64,000 nt of DNA. It comes from Eledone cirrhosa (Eukaryota). Under the pieces are notes generated by a model that was not told the DNA's origin, searched no databases, and was given only the letters and a program-made list of their open reading frames with translations. Both the position numbers and the translations under genes were made by a program. Shown in pieces: positions 30,001 to 42,104 of this stretch; position 1 is the first letter of the stretch, and each line of letters begins with the position of its first letter. Where the stretch lies: positions 14,880,001 to 14,944,000 of the forward strand of contig OZ024740.1 of assembly GCA_964016885.1 (NCBI GenBank), given 5' to 3'.

Positions 30001-33000
30001 CAAATGAAAGGAATCAAAGCCAGAATATGGAAAGTCCTCAAATGAGAGGAATCAAAGCCAGAATATGGAAAGTCCTCAAATGAAAGGAATCAAAGCCAGA
30101 ATATGGAAAGTCCTCAAATGAAAGGAATCAAAGCCAGAATATGGAAAGTCCTCAAATGAAAGGAATCAAAGCCAGAATATGGAAAGTCCTGAAATGAGAG
30201 GAATCAAAGCCAGAATATGGAAATTGCTCAAATGAGAGGAATCAATGCCAGAAAATGGAAAGTCCTCAAATGAAAGGAATCAAAGCCAGAATATGGAAAG
30301 TCCTCAAATGAGAGGAATCAAAGCCAGAATATGGAAAGTCCTCAAATGAGAGGAATCAAAGCCAGAATATGGAAAGTCCTCAAATGAGAGGAATCAAAGC
30401 CAGAATATGGAAATTCCTCAAATGAAAGGAATCAAAGCCAGAATATGGAAAGTCCTCAAATGAAAGGAATCAAAGCCAGAATATGGAATGTCCTTGAATG
30501 AGAGGAATCAAAGCCAGAATATGGAAAGTCCTCGAATGAAACGAATCAAAGCCAGAATATGGAAAGTCCTCAAATAAGAGGAATCAAAGCCAGAATATGG
30601 AAAGTCCTCGAATGAAAGGAATCAAAGCCAGAATATGGAAAGTCCTCGAAAGAAAGGAATCAAAGCCAGAATATGGAAAGTCCTCGAATGAAAGGAATCA
30701 AAGCCAGAATATGGAAAGTCCTCGAATGAAAGGAATCAAAGCCAGAATATGGAAAGTCCTCGAATGAAAGGAATCAAAGCCAGAATATGGAAAGTCCTCA
30801 AATGAAAGGAATCAAAGCCAGAATATGGAAAGTCCTCAAATGAAAGGAATCAAAGCCAGAATATGGAAAGTCCTCAAATGAGAGGAATCAAAGCCAGAAT
30901 ATGGAAAGTCCTCGAATGAAAGGAATCAAAGCCAGAATATGGAAAGTCCTCAAATGAAAGGAATCAAAGTCAGAATATGGAAAGTCTTCAAATGAGTGGA
31001 ATCAAAGCCAGAATATGGAAAGTCCTCAAATGAAAGGAATCAAAGCCAGAATATGGAAAGTCCTCAAATGAGAGGAATCAAAGCCAGAATATGGAAAGTC
31101 CTCAAATGAGAGGAATCAAAGCCAGAATATGGAAATTCCTCAAATGAGAGGAATCAAAGCCAGAATATGGAAAGTCCTCAAATGAAAGGAATCAAAGCCA
31201 GAATATGGAAAGTCCTCGAATGAAAGGAATCAAAGCCAGAATATGGAAAGTCCTCGAATAAAAGGAATCAAAGCCAGAATATGGAAAGTCCTCGAATGAG
31301 AGGAATCAAAGCCAGAATATGGAAAGTCCTCGAATGAAAGGAATCAAAGCCAGAATATGGAAAGTCCTCGAATGAAAGGAATCAAAGCCAGAATATGGAA
31401 AGTCCTCAAATGAAAGGAATCAAAGCCAGAATATGGAAAGTCCTCAAATGAAAGGAATCAAAGCCAGAATATGGAAAGTCCTCAAAAGAGAGGAATCAAA
31501 GCCAGAATATGGAAAGTCCTCGAATGAAAGGAATCAAAGCCAGAATATGGAAAGTCCTCAAATGAAAGGAATCAAAGCCAGAATATGGAAAGTCCTCAAA
31601 TGAGAGGAATCAAAGCCAGAATATGGAAAGTCCTCAAATGAAAGGAATCAAAGCCAGAATATGGAAAGTCCTCAAATGAAAGGAATCAAAGCCAGAATAT
31701 GGAAAGTCCTCAAATGAAAGGAATCAAAGCCAGAATATGGAAAGTCCTGAAATGAGAGGAATCAAAGCCAGAATATGGAAATTGCTCAAATGAGAGGAAT
31801 CAATGCCAGAATATGGAAAGTCCTCAAATGAAAGGAATCAAAGCCAGATTATGGAAAGTCCTCAAATGAAAGGAATCAAAGCCAGAATATGGAAAGTCCT
31901 CAAATGAAAGGAATCAAAGCCAGAATATGGAAAGTCCTCAAATGAGAGGAATCAAAGCCAGAATATGGAAAGTCCTCAAATGAGAGGAATCAAAGCCAGA
32001 ATATGGAAAGTCCTCAAATGAAAGGAATCAAAGCCAGAATATGGAAAGTCCTCAAATGAGAGGAATCAAAGCCAGAATAAGGAAAGTCCTCAAATGAGAG
32101 GAATCAAAGCCAGAAAATGGAAAGTCCTCAAATGAAAGGAATCAAAGCCAGAATATGGAAAGTCCTCAAATGAGAGGAATCAAAGCCAGAATATGGAAAG
32201 TCCTCAAATGAGAGGAAGCAAAGCCAGAATATGGAAAGTCCTCAAATGAGAGGAATCAAAGCCAGAATATGGAAATTCCTCAAATGAAAGGAATCAAAGC
32301 CAGAATATGGAAAGTCCTCAAATGAAAGGAATCAAAGCCAGAATATGGAATGTCCTTGAATGAGAGGAATCAAAGCCAGAATATGGAAAGTCCTCGAATG
32401 AAAGGAATCAAAGCCAGAATATGGAAAGTCCTCGAAAGAAAGGAATCAAAGCCAGAATATGGAAAGTCCTCGAATGAAAGGAATCAAAGCCAGAATATGG
32501 AAAGTCCTCAAATGAGAGGAATAAAAGCCAGAATATGGAAAGTCCTCAAATGAAAGGAATCAAAGCCAGAATATGGAAAGTCCTCGAATGAAAGGAATCA
32601 AAGCCAGAATATGGAAAGTCCTCGAATGAAAGGAATCAAAGCCAGAATATGGAAAGTCCTCGAATGAAAGGAATCAAAGCCAGAATATGGAAAGTCCTCA
32701 AATGAAAGGAATCAAAGCCAGAATATGGAAAGTCCTCAAATGAAAGGAATCAAAGCCAGAATATGGAAAGTCCTCAAATGAAAGGAATCAAAGCCAGAAT
32801 ATGGAAAGTCCTCAAATGAGAGGAATCAAAGCCAGAATATGGAAATTCCTCAAATGAGAGGAATCAAAGCCAGAATATGGAAAGTCCTCAAATGAAAGGA
32901 ATCAAAGCCAGAATATGGAAAGTCCTCGAATGAAAGGAATCAAAGCCAGAATATGGAAAGTCCTCGAATGAAAGGAATCAAAGCCAGAATATGGAAAGTC

Positions 33001-36000
33001 CTCAAATGAAAGGAATCAAAGCCAGAATATGGAAAGTCCTCAAATGAGAGGAATCAAAGCCAGAATATGGAAAGTCCTCAAATGAAAGGAATCAAAGCCA
33101 GAATATGGAAAGTCCTCAAATGAGAGGAATCAAAGCCAGAATATGGAAAGTCCTCAAATGAAAGGAATCAAAGCCAGAATATGGAAAGTCCTCAAATGAA
33201 AGGAATCAAAGCCAGAATATTAAAAGTCCTCAAATGAAAGGAATCAAAGCCAGAATATGGAAAGTCCTCGAATGAAAGGAATCAAAGCCAGAATATGGAA
33301 AGTCCTCGAATGAAAGGAATCAAAGCCAGAATATGGAACGTCCTCAAATGAAAGGAATCAAAGCCAGAATATGGAAAGTCCTCAAATGAAAGGAATCAAA
33401 GCCAGAATATGGAAAGTCCTCAAATGAAAGGAATCAAAGCCAGAATATGGAAAGTCCTCAAATGAGAGGAATAAAAGCCAGAATATGGAAAGTCCTCAAA
33501 TGAAAGGTATCAAAGCCAGAATATGGAAAGTCCTCAAATGAAAGGAATCAAAGCCAGAATATGGAAAGTCCTCAAATAAGAGGAATCAAAGCCAGAATAT
33601 GGAAAGTCCTCGAATGAAAGGAATCAAAGCCAGAATATGGAAAGTCCTCAAATGAGAGGAATAAAAGCCAGAATATGGAAAGTCCTCAAATGAAAGGAAT
33701 CAAAGCCAGAATATGGAAAGTCCTCGAATGAAAGGAATCAAAGCCAGAATATGGAAAGTCCTCGAATGAAAGGAATCAAAGCCAGAATATGGAAAGTCCT
33801 CGAATGAAAGGAATCAAAGCCAGAATATGGAAAGTCCTCAAATGAAAGGAATCAAAGCAAGAATATGGAAAGTCCTCAAATGAAAGGAATCAAAGCCAGA
33901 ATATGGAAAGTCCTCAAATGAGAGAAATCAAAGCCAGAATATGGAAAGTCCTCGAATGAAAGGAATCAAAGCCAGAATATGGAAAGTCCTCAAATGAAAG
34001 GAATCAAAGCCAGAATATGGAAAGTCCTCAAATGAGTGGAATCAAAGCCAGAATATGGAAAGTCCTCAAATGAAAGGAATCAAAGCCAGAATATGGAAAG
34101 TCCTCAAATGAGAGGAATCAAAGCCAGAATATGGAAAGTCCTCAAATGAGAGGAATCAAAGCCAGAATATGGAAATTCCTCAAATGAGAGGAATCAAAGC
34201 CAGAATATGGAAAGTCCTCAAATGAAAGGAATCAAAGCCAGAATATGGAAAGTCCTCGAATGAAAGGAATCAAAGCCAGAATATGGAAAGTCCTCCAATA
34301 AAAGGAATCAAAGCCAGAATATGGAAAGTCCTCGAATGAGAGGAATCAAAGCCAGAATATGGAAAGTCCTCGAATGAAAGGAATCAAAGCCAGAATATGG
34401 AAAGTCCTCGAATGAAAGGAATCAAAGCAAGAATATGGAAAGTCCTCAAATGAAAGGAATCAAAGCCAGAATATGGAAAGTCCTCAAATGAGAGGAATAA
34501 AAGCCAGAATATGGAAAGTCCTCAAATGAAAGGTATCAAAGCCAGAATATGGAAAGTCCTCGAATGAAAGGAATAAAAGCCAGAATATGGAAAGTCCTCA
34601 AATGAAAGGAATCAAAGCCAGAATATGGAAAGTCCTCGAATGAAAGGAATCAAAGCCAGAATATGGAAAGTCCTCGAATGAGAGGAATCAAAGCCAGAAT
34701 ATGGAAAGTCCTCGAATGAAAGGAATCAAAGCCAGAATATGGAAAGTCCTCGAATGAAAGGAATCAAAGCCAGAATATGGAAAGTCCTCAAATGAAAGGA
34801 ATCAAGCCAGAATATGGAAAGTCCTCAAATGAAAGGAATCAAAGCCAGAATATGGAAAGTCCTCAAATGAGAGGAATCAAAGCCAGAATATGGAAAGTCC
34901 TCGAATGAAAGAAATCAAAGCCAGAATATGGAAAGTCCTCAAATGAAAGGATTCAAAGCTAGAATATGGAAAGTCCTCAAATGAGAGGAATCAAAGCCAG
35001 AATATGGAAAGTCCTCAAATGAAAGGAATCAAAGCCAGAATATGGAAAGTCCTCAAATGAGAGGAATCAAAGCCAGAATATGGAAAGTCCTCAAATGAGA
35101 GGAATCAAAGCCAGAATATGGAAAGTCCTCAAATGAAAGGAATCAAAGCCAGAATATGGAAAGTCCTCAAATGAAAGGAATCAAAGCCAGAATATGGAAA
35201 GTCCTCAAATGAGAGGAATCAAAGCCAGAATATGGAAAGTCCTCAAATGAGAGGAATCAAAGCCAGAATATGGAAAGCCCTCAAATGAGAGGAATCAAAG
35301 CCAGAATATGGAAAGTCCTCAAATGAAAGGAATCAAAGCCAGAATATGGAAAGTCCTCAAATGAAAGGAATAAAAGCCAGAATATGGAAAGTCCTCAAGT
35401 GAAAGGAATCAAAGCCAGAATATTGAAAGTCCTCAAATGAAAGGAATCAAAGCCAGAATATGGAAAGTCCTCGAATGAAAGGAATCAAAGCCAGAATATG
35501 GAAAGTCCTCAAATGAAAGGAATCAAAGCCAGAATATGGAAAGTCCTCAAATGAAAGGAATCAAAGCCAGAATATGGAAAGTCCTCAAATGAAAGGAATC
35601 AAAGCCAGAATATGGAAAGTCCTCAAATGAAAGGAATCAAAGCCAGAATATGGAAAGTCCTCAAATGAGAGGAATAAAAGCCAGAATATGGAAAGTCCTC
35701 AAATGAAAGGTATCAAAGCCAGAATATGGAAAGTCCTCGAATGAAAGGAATAAAAGAGAGAATATGGAAAGTCCTCAAATGAAAGGAATCAAAGCCAGAA
35801 TATGGAAAGTCCTCGAATGAAAGGAATCAAAGCCAGAATATGGAAAGTCCTCGAATGAGAGGAATCAAAGCCAGAATATGGAAAGTCCTCGAATGAAAGG
35901 AATCAAAGCCAGAATATGGAAAGTCCTCGAATGAAAGGAATCAAAGCCAGAATATGGAAAGTCCTCAAATGAAAGGAATCAAAGCCAGAATATGGAAATC

Positions 36001-39000
36001 CTCAAATGAAAGGAATCAAAGCCAGAATATGGAAAGTCCTCAAATGAAAGGAATCAAAGCCAGAATATGGAAAGTCCTCAAATGAGAGGAATCAAAGCCA
36101 GAATATGGAAAGTCCTCGAATGAAAGAAATCAAAGCCAGAATATGGAAAGTCCTCAAATGAAAGGAATCAAAGCTAGAATATGGAAAGTCCTCAAATGAG
36201 AGGAATCAAAGCCAGAATATGGAAAGTCCTCAAATGAAAGGAATCAAAGCCAGAATATGGAAAGTCCTCAAATGAGAGGAATCAAAGCCAGAATATGGAA
36301 AGTCCTCAAATGAGAGGAATCAAAGCCAGAATATGGAAAGTCCTCAAATGAAAGGAATCAAAGCCAGAATATGGAAAGTCCTCAAATGAAAGGAATCAAA
36401 GCCAGAATATGGAAAGTCCTCAAATGAGAGGAATCAAAGCCAGAATATGGAAAGTCCTCAAAGGAGAGGAATCAAAGCCAGAATATGGAAAGCCCTCAAA
36501 TGAGAGGAATCAAAGCCAGAATATGGAAAGTCCTCAAATGAAAGGAATCAAAGCCAGAATATGGAAAGTCCTCAAATGAAAGGAATAAAAGCCAGAATAT
36601 GGAAAGTCCTCAAGTGAAAGGAATCAAAGCCAGAATATGGAAAGTCCTCAAATGAGAGGAATCAAAGCCAGAATATGGAAAGTCCTCAAATGAAAGGAAT
36701 CAAAGCCAGAATATGGAAAGTCCTCAAATGAAAGGAATCAAAGCCAGAATATTGAAAGTCCTCAAATGAAAGGAATCAAAGCCAGAATATGGAAAGTCCT
36801 CGAATGAAAGGAATCAAAGCCAGAATATGGAAAGTCCTCAAATGAAAGGAATCAAAGCCAGAATATGGAAAGTCCTCAAATGAAAGGAATCAAAGCCAGA
36901 ATATGGAAAGTCCTCGAATGAAAGGAATAAAAGCCAGAATATGTAAAGTCCTCAAATGAAAGGAATCAAAGCCAGAATATGGAAAGTCCTCGAATGAAAG
37001 GAATCAAAGCCAGAATATGGAAAGTCCTCAAATGAAAGGAATCAAAGCTAGAATATGGAAAGTCCTCAAATGAGAGGAATAAAAGCCAGAATATGGAAAG
37101 TCCTCAAATGAAAGGTATCAAAGCCAGAATATGGAAAGTCCTCGAATGAAAGGAATAAAAGCCAGAATATGGAAAGTCCTCAAATGAAAGGAATCAAAGC
37201 CAGAATATGGAAAGTCCTCGAATGAAAGGAATCAAAGCCAGAATATGGAAAGTCCTCGAATGAGAGAAATCAAAGCCAGAATATGGAAAGTCCTCGAATG
37301 AAAGGAATCAAAGCCAGAATATGGAAAGTCCTCGAATGAAAGGAATCAAAGCCAGAATATGGAAAGTCCTCAAATGAAATGAATCAAAGCCAGAATATGG
37401 AAATCCTCAAATGAAAGGAATCAAAGCCAGAATATGGAAAGTCCTCAAATGAAAGGAATCAAAGCCAGAATATGGAAAGTCCTCAAATGAGAGGAATCAA
37501 AGCCAGAATATGGAAAGTCCTCGAATGAAAGAAATCAAAGCCAGAATATGGAAAGTCCTCAAATGAAAGGAATCAAAGCTAGAATATGGAAAGTCCTCAA
37601 ATGAGAGGAATCAAAGCCAGAATATGGAAATTCCTCAAATGAAAGGAATCAAAGCCAGAATATGGAAAGTCCTCAAATGAGAGGAATCAAAGCCAGAATA
37701 TGGAAAGTCCTCAAATGAGAGGAATCAAAGCCAGGATATGGAAAGTCCTCAAATGAAAGGAATCAAAGCCAGAATATGGAAAGTCCTCAAATGAAAGGAA
37801 TCAAAGCCAGAATATGGAAAGTCCTCAAATGAGAGGAATCAAAGCCAGAATATGGAAAGCCCTCAAATGAGAGGAATCAAAGCCAGAATATGGAAAGTCC
37901 TCAAATGAAAGGAATCAAAGCCAGAATATGGAAAGTCCTCAAATGAAAGGAATAAAAGCCAGAATATGGAAAGTCCTCAAGTGAAAGGAATCAAAGCCAG
38001 AATATGGAAAGTCCTCAAATGAGAGGAATCAAAGCCAGAATATGGAAAGTCCTCAAATGAAAGGAATCAAAGCCAGAATATGGAAAGTCCTCAAATGAAA
38101 GGAATCAAAGCCAGAATATTGAAAGTCCTCAAATGAAAGGAATCAAAGCCAGAATATGGAAAGTCCTCGAATGAAAGGAATCAAATCCAGAATATGGAAA
38201 GTCCTCAAATGAAAGGAATCAAAGCCAGAATATGGAAAGTCCTCAAATGAAAGGAATCAAAGCCAGAATATGGAAAGTCCTCGAATGAAAGGAATCAAAG
38301 CCAGAATATGGAAAGTCCTCAAATGAAAGGAATCAAAGCTAGAATATGGAAAGTCCTCAAATGAGAGGAATCAAAGCCAGAATATGGAAAGTCCTCAAAT
38401 GAAAGGAATCAAAGCCAGAATATGGAAAGTCCTCAAATGAGAGGAATCGAAGCCAGAATATGGAAAGTCCTCAAATGAGAGGAATCAAAGCCAGAATATG
38501 GAAAGTCCTCAAATGAAAGGAATCAAAGCCAGAATATGGAAAGTCCTCAAATGAGAGGAATCAAAGCCAGAATATGGAAAGTCCTCAAATGAGAGGAATC
38601 AAAGCCAGAATATGGAAAGCCCTCAAATGAGAGGAATCAAAGCCAGAATATGGAAAGTCCTCAAATGAAAGGAATCAAAGCCAGAATATGGAAAGTCCTC
38701 AAATGAAAGTAATAAAAGCCAGAATATGGAAAGTCCTCAAATGAAAGGAATTAAAGCCAGAATATGGAAAGTCCTCAAATGAGAGGAATCAAAGCCAGAA
38801 TATGGAAAGTCCTCGAATGAGAGGAATCAATGCCAGAATATGGAAAGTCCTCAAATGAAAGGAATCAAAGCCAGAATATGGAAAGTCCTCAAATGAGAGG
38901 AATCAATGCCAGAATATGGAAAGTCCTCAAATGAAAGGAATCAAAGCCAGAATATGGAAAGTCCTCAAATGAGAGGAATCAAAGCCAGAATATGGAAAGT

Positions 39001-39703
39001 CCTCAAATGAAAGGAATCAAAGCCAGAATATGGAAATTCCTCAAATGAGAGGAATCAAAGCCAGAATATGGAAAGTCCTCAAATGAAAGGAATCAAAGCC
39101 AGAATATGGAAAGTCCTCAAATGAGAGGAATCAATGCCAGAATATGGAAAGTCCTCAAATGAGAGGAATCAAAGCCAGAATATGGAAAGTCCTCGAATGA
39201 GAGGAATCAAAGCCAGAATATGGAAAGTCCTCAAATGAAATGAATCAAAGCCAGAATATGGAAAGTCCTCAAATGAGAGGAATCAATGCCAGAATATGGA
39301 AAGTCCTCAAATGAAAGGAATCAAAGCCAGAATATGGAAAGTCCTCAAATGAGAGGAATCAAAGCCAGAATATGGAAAGTCCTCAAATGAAAGGAATCAA
39401 AGCCAGAATATGGAAATTCCTCAAATGAGAGGAATCAAAGCCAGAATATGGAAAGTCCTCAAATGAGAGGAATCAAAGCCAGAATATGGAAAGTCCTCGA
39501 ATGAGAGGAATCAATGCCAGAATATGGAAAGTCCTCAAATGAAAGGAATCAAAGCCAGAATATGGAAAGTCCTCAAATGAAATGAATCAAAGCCAGAATA
39601 TGGAAAGTCCTCAAATGAAAGGAATCAAAGCCAGAATATGGAAAGTCCTCAAATGAAAGGAATCAAAGCCAGAATATGGAAAGTCCTCAAATGAGAGGAA
39701 TCA
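1..39703. repeat. 38-bp tandem satellite, consensus TATGGAAAGTCCTC(A/G)AATGA(A/G)AGGAATCAAAGCCAGAA, ~1,045 head-to-tail copies, running off the left edge of the window
   Basis: TATGG recurs at 1, 39, 77 and so on. The period holds for 39.7 kb with only rare 1-bp indels (e.g. +A at 2360, 6199, 7986, 10381). It ends abruptly at ...GAGGAATCA 39703. Confidence 0.99.
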
Positions 39704-39897
39704 GATAATTCAATGGATTCCAGAGATTCACCTAAAACATTTAATCAGAAATTTCAACCAATTAACCTCATATTATCTTAAAGAGAATAACTTCGGTGTA
39801 TTCCTGATCCCTATTAAATCCTTTAATCCATTATTGATAAAACCATCACACTAATTCAGCTCCCCCGGATTTAAGGGGTCCTTAACATTATTGAATG

Positions 39898-40019
39898 GTC
39901 TGAGTTCAAATCCCGCCGAGGTTAACTTTGCCTTTCCTCCTTACGGGGTCGATAAAATAAAGTACCAGTAATGCACTGGGATAATTGGTGGCCTTGTGCT
40001 AAAAGTAGAAACAATTATT
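39898..40019 (+). mobile_element. 5'-truncated tRNA-derived SINE (octopod-type)
   Basis: Pol III B-box-like GAGTTCAAATCC followed by GCCGAGGTTAACTTTGCCTTTCCTCCTTACGGGGTCGATAAAATAAAGTACCAG. It closely matches the reverse complement of 43489-43603. Confidence 0.85.
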
Positions 40020-40052
40020 GTAAATGGCATTATAGATACACACACACACACA

Positions 40053-40123
<71 letters not shown>

Positions 40124-40778
40124 GAAAGGTATAGAAAACATTGTAGCAAAAAGCCAACAGTATTCCATAATATATAAGTGACTATAGCGTCAAAATGGGA
40201 AAAATAGTTAACGTAAGATGTGGGGAAAATAATTCAAACTCATCTCAAAGAGAATCAGGATATAAATTCATCCACAGAATTTAGTGAAATCCAGGGAAAA
40301 ATCAATAGAGCCTTAACTCATGATAAAATAAAGTCTAAAATACTCATCCTTCAATTTGGAAAAACTTCAAATGCTCTGTATAGTCTTAAAGACTATTTCA
40401 CGAAAACTTTCAGTGGAGATGGTCACGGTTGGAATTCGATCCTCAGCAAAGCTCAACTCGATAACCAAAATTCTCACAGATTAATATGCCAAAAAGGGAA
40501 TTTAAAACAGGCTAGTTCACCATCATGCGTGATTTTGAAAAATAAAACGCACATGAGGAAAGACAGGGCTGGTGACGTCAGAATGAGACGAATGTTTGTT
40601 TACAAGAAACAACAGTAAAAAAACATTCCGAAAAAAACTCTACAATAAGGAGTTCAGCAAAAAGCAATATTATCGCGGTCTTTTTATAAAAACATACCGG
40701 GATTAGTCACAAATAATTTAAGCACTCTAGGAAAGAAATCCGAGTATAAATATATGAATGAAAGGTATAGAAAACATT

Positions 40779-40965
40779 GTCAGAACCCCGACGGCAGAGC
40801 TCAAGCCGTTTCAACAGCTATTTCTGAACCAGAAATCGCTGTCGAAACGGCTTGAGCTCTGCCGTCGGGGTTCTGACTATTTTCCTATTACCCACTCTAC
40901 TACCCAAAGTATTGAGTACTCTGGTGCGTTATGGTCCACCTGGTTCTTTACCACACTTCCTTCGT
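40779..40965 (+). mobile_element. Penelope-like element terminal (pLTR) fragment, copy 1, with an inverted 5' duplication and the 3' half of a hammerhead ribozyme
   Basis: 48-bp inverted arms at 40779-40826 and 40830-40877 (2 mismatches). GAAAC-GGC-ttGAGCTCt-GCC-GTC at 40844-40866. It ends in (TA)n and is homologous to 42639-42769. Confidence 0.6.
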
Positions 40966-41271
40966 TATATATATATATATATATAAAGAAAAAGAGATGA
41001 AATCGAATATGCAACTGGAGTCTTATTTTTTTTTTAAATATATATATTTATTTGGTTCCTTTACCGGTTTCGCAGTTCTTCTGCTTTTCAAAAGTAGAGT
41101 TGAGATGGAGGGTCTGTGGTTTTTCTCACATTTTTCTTATATATATATATATATATATATATACAGTATTTTCCGTTGTGTTGTAATATAAATATTACAC
41201 ACAGTAGATTATCAGCTCACATATAAATATGTACGTATGCACATAGGTATATATGTATATATACATACATG

Positions 41272-41320
<49 letters not shown>

Positions 41321-41322
<2 letters not shown>

Positions 41323-41568
41323 ATGTAAATATAATGTATTTTGTAATACACTTTATGCTTAATTAAAAGCATTTTGAAGACCGTAAGCTATTGTTTTAAA
41401 GTAGTGACAAATTCACTCACTTCGATCCCAGCAAACAGGCTTATCTCCTCCTGTTTGCTGGGATCGAAGTGAGTGAATTTGTCACTACTTTAAAACAATA
41501 GCTTACGGTCTTCAAAATGCTTTTAATTAAGCATAAAGTGTATTACAAAATACATTATATTTACATCC
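41321..41568. repeat. Perfect 119-bp inverted repeat with a 10-nt loop, embedded in (TA)n
   Basis: 41321-41439 is the exact reverse complement of 41450-41568. The loop is CTTATCTCCT. Confidence 0.97.
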
Positions 41569-41597
41569 ATATATATATTGCTATTTCAGAGCTACAA

Positions 41598-41651
<54 letters not shown>

Positions 41652-41693
41652 TGTACGTATGCACATAGGTATATATGTATATATACATACATG

Positions 41694-41750
<57 letters not shown>

Positions 41751-41873
41751 GCAGTCAGTTAGACAGTTGGCGAATGATAATATATTACTATAGGTGACAT
41801 CAGTTTTAGTACTCTATGACTTTGCGTGAATTAGATATTCAGTGTTAAAAATGTGTTTAAACACCGATATCTG

Positions 41874-41911
<38 letters not shown>

Positions 41912-41975
41912 GTAGAACGCTGGAGAGTTATACCCGTAGTAGTAGAGCACTCAGTCCATGGGGCGAGTTTGGTAG

Positions 41976-42053
41976 AAGTAGTTCCACAACAGTTAGTTCA
42001 TCATACCGAGAACAAATGTTTCACCTTATGGTGAACTAACTGTTGTGGAACTA

Positions 42054-42056
<3 letters not shown>
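41976..42056. repeat. 30-bp stem / 21-nt loop inverted repeat abutting (TA)n
   Basis: AAGTAGTTCCACAACAGTTAGTTCATCATA (41976-42005) pairs with TATGGTGAACTAACTGTTGTGGAACTACTT (42027-42056), with one T-G wobble. Confidence 0.93.

Positions 42057-42104
<48 letters not shown>

Noticed and set aside
32350-32553. 67-aa ORF in the satellite
   Set aside because: Chance product of two point variants (a new ATG and a lost TGA). The 38-bp period normally gives a stop every three monomers in each frame.
1-39703. CRISPR array (repeat length 38 bp is in range)
   Set aside because: Monomers are directly adjacent with no unique spacers, there are no cas genes, and the context is eukaryotic.
40220-40618. 132-aa ORF
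   Set aside because: Non-ATG start, no recognisable motif, and it lies inside a probable mobile-element body.
40838-40880. Complete, active hammerhead ribozyme
   Set aside because: There is no properly placed CUGANGA. The downstream CTGACTA/CTGACTC lacks G8 and leaves no room for stem I, so only the 3' half is supported.
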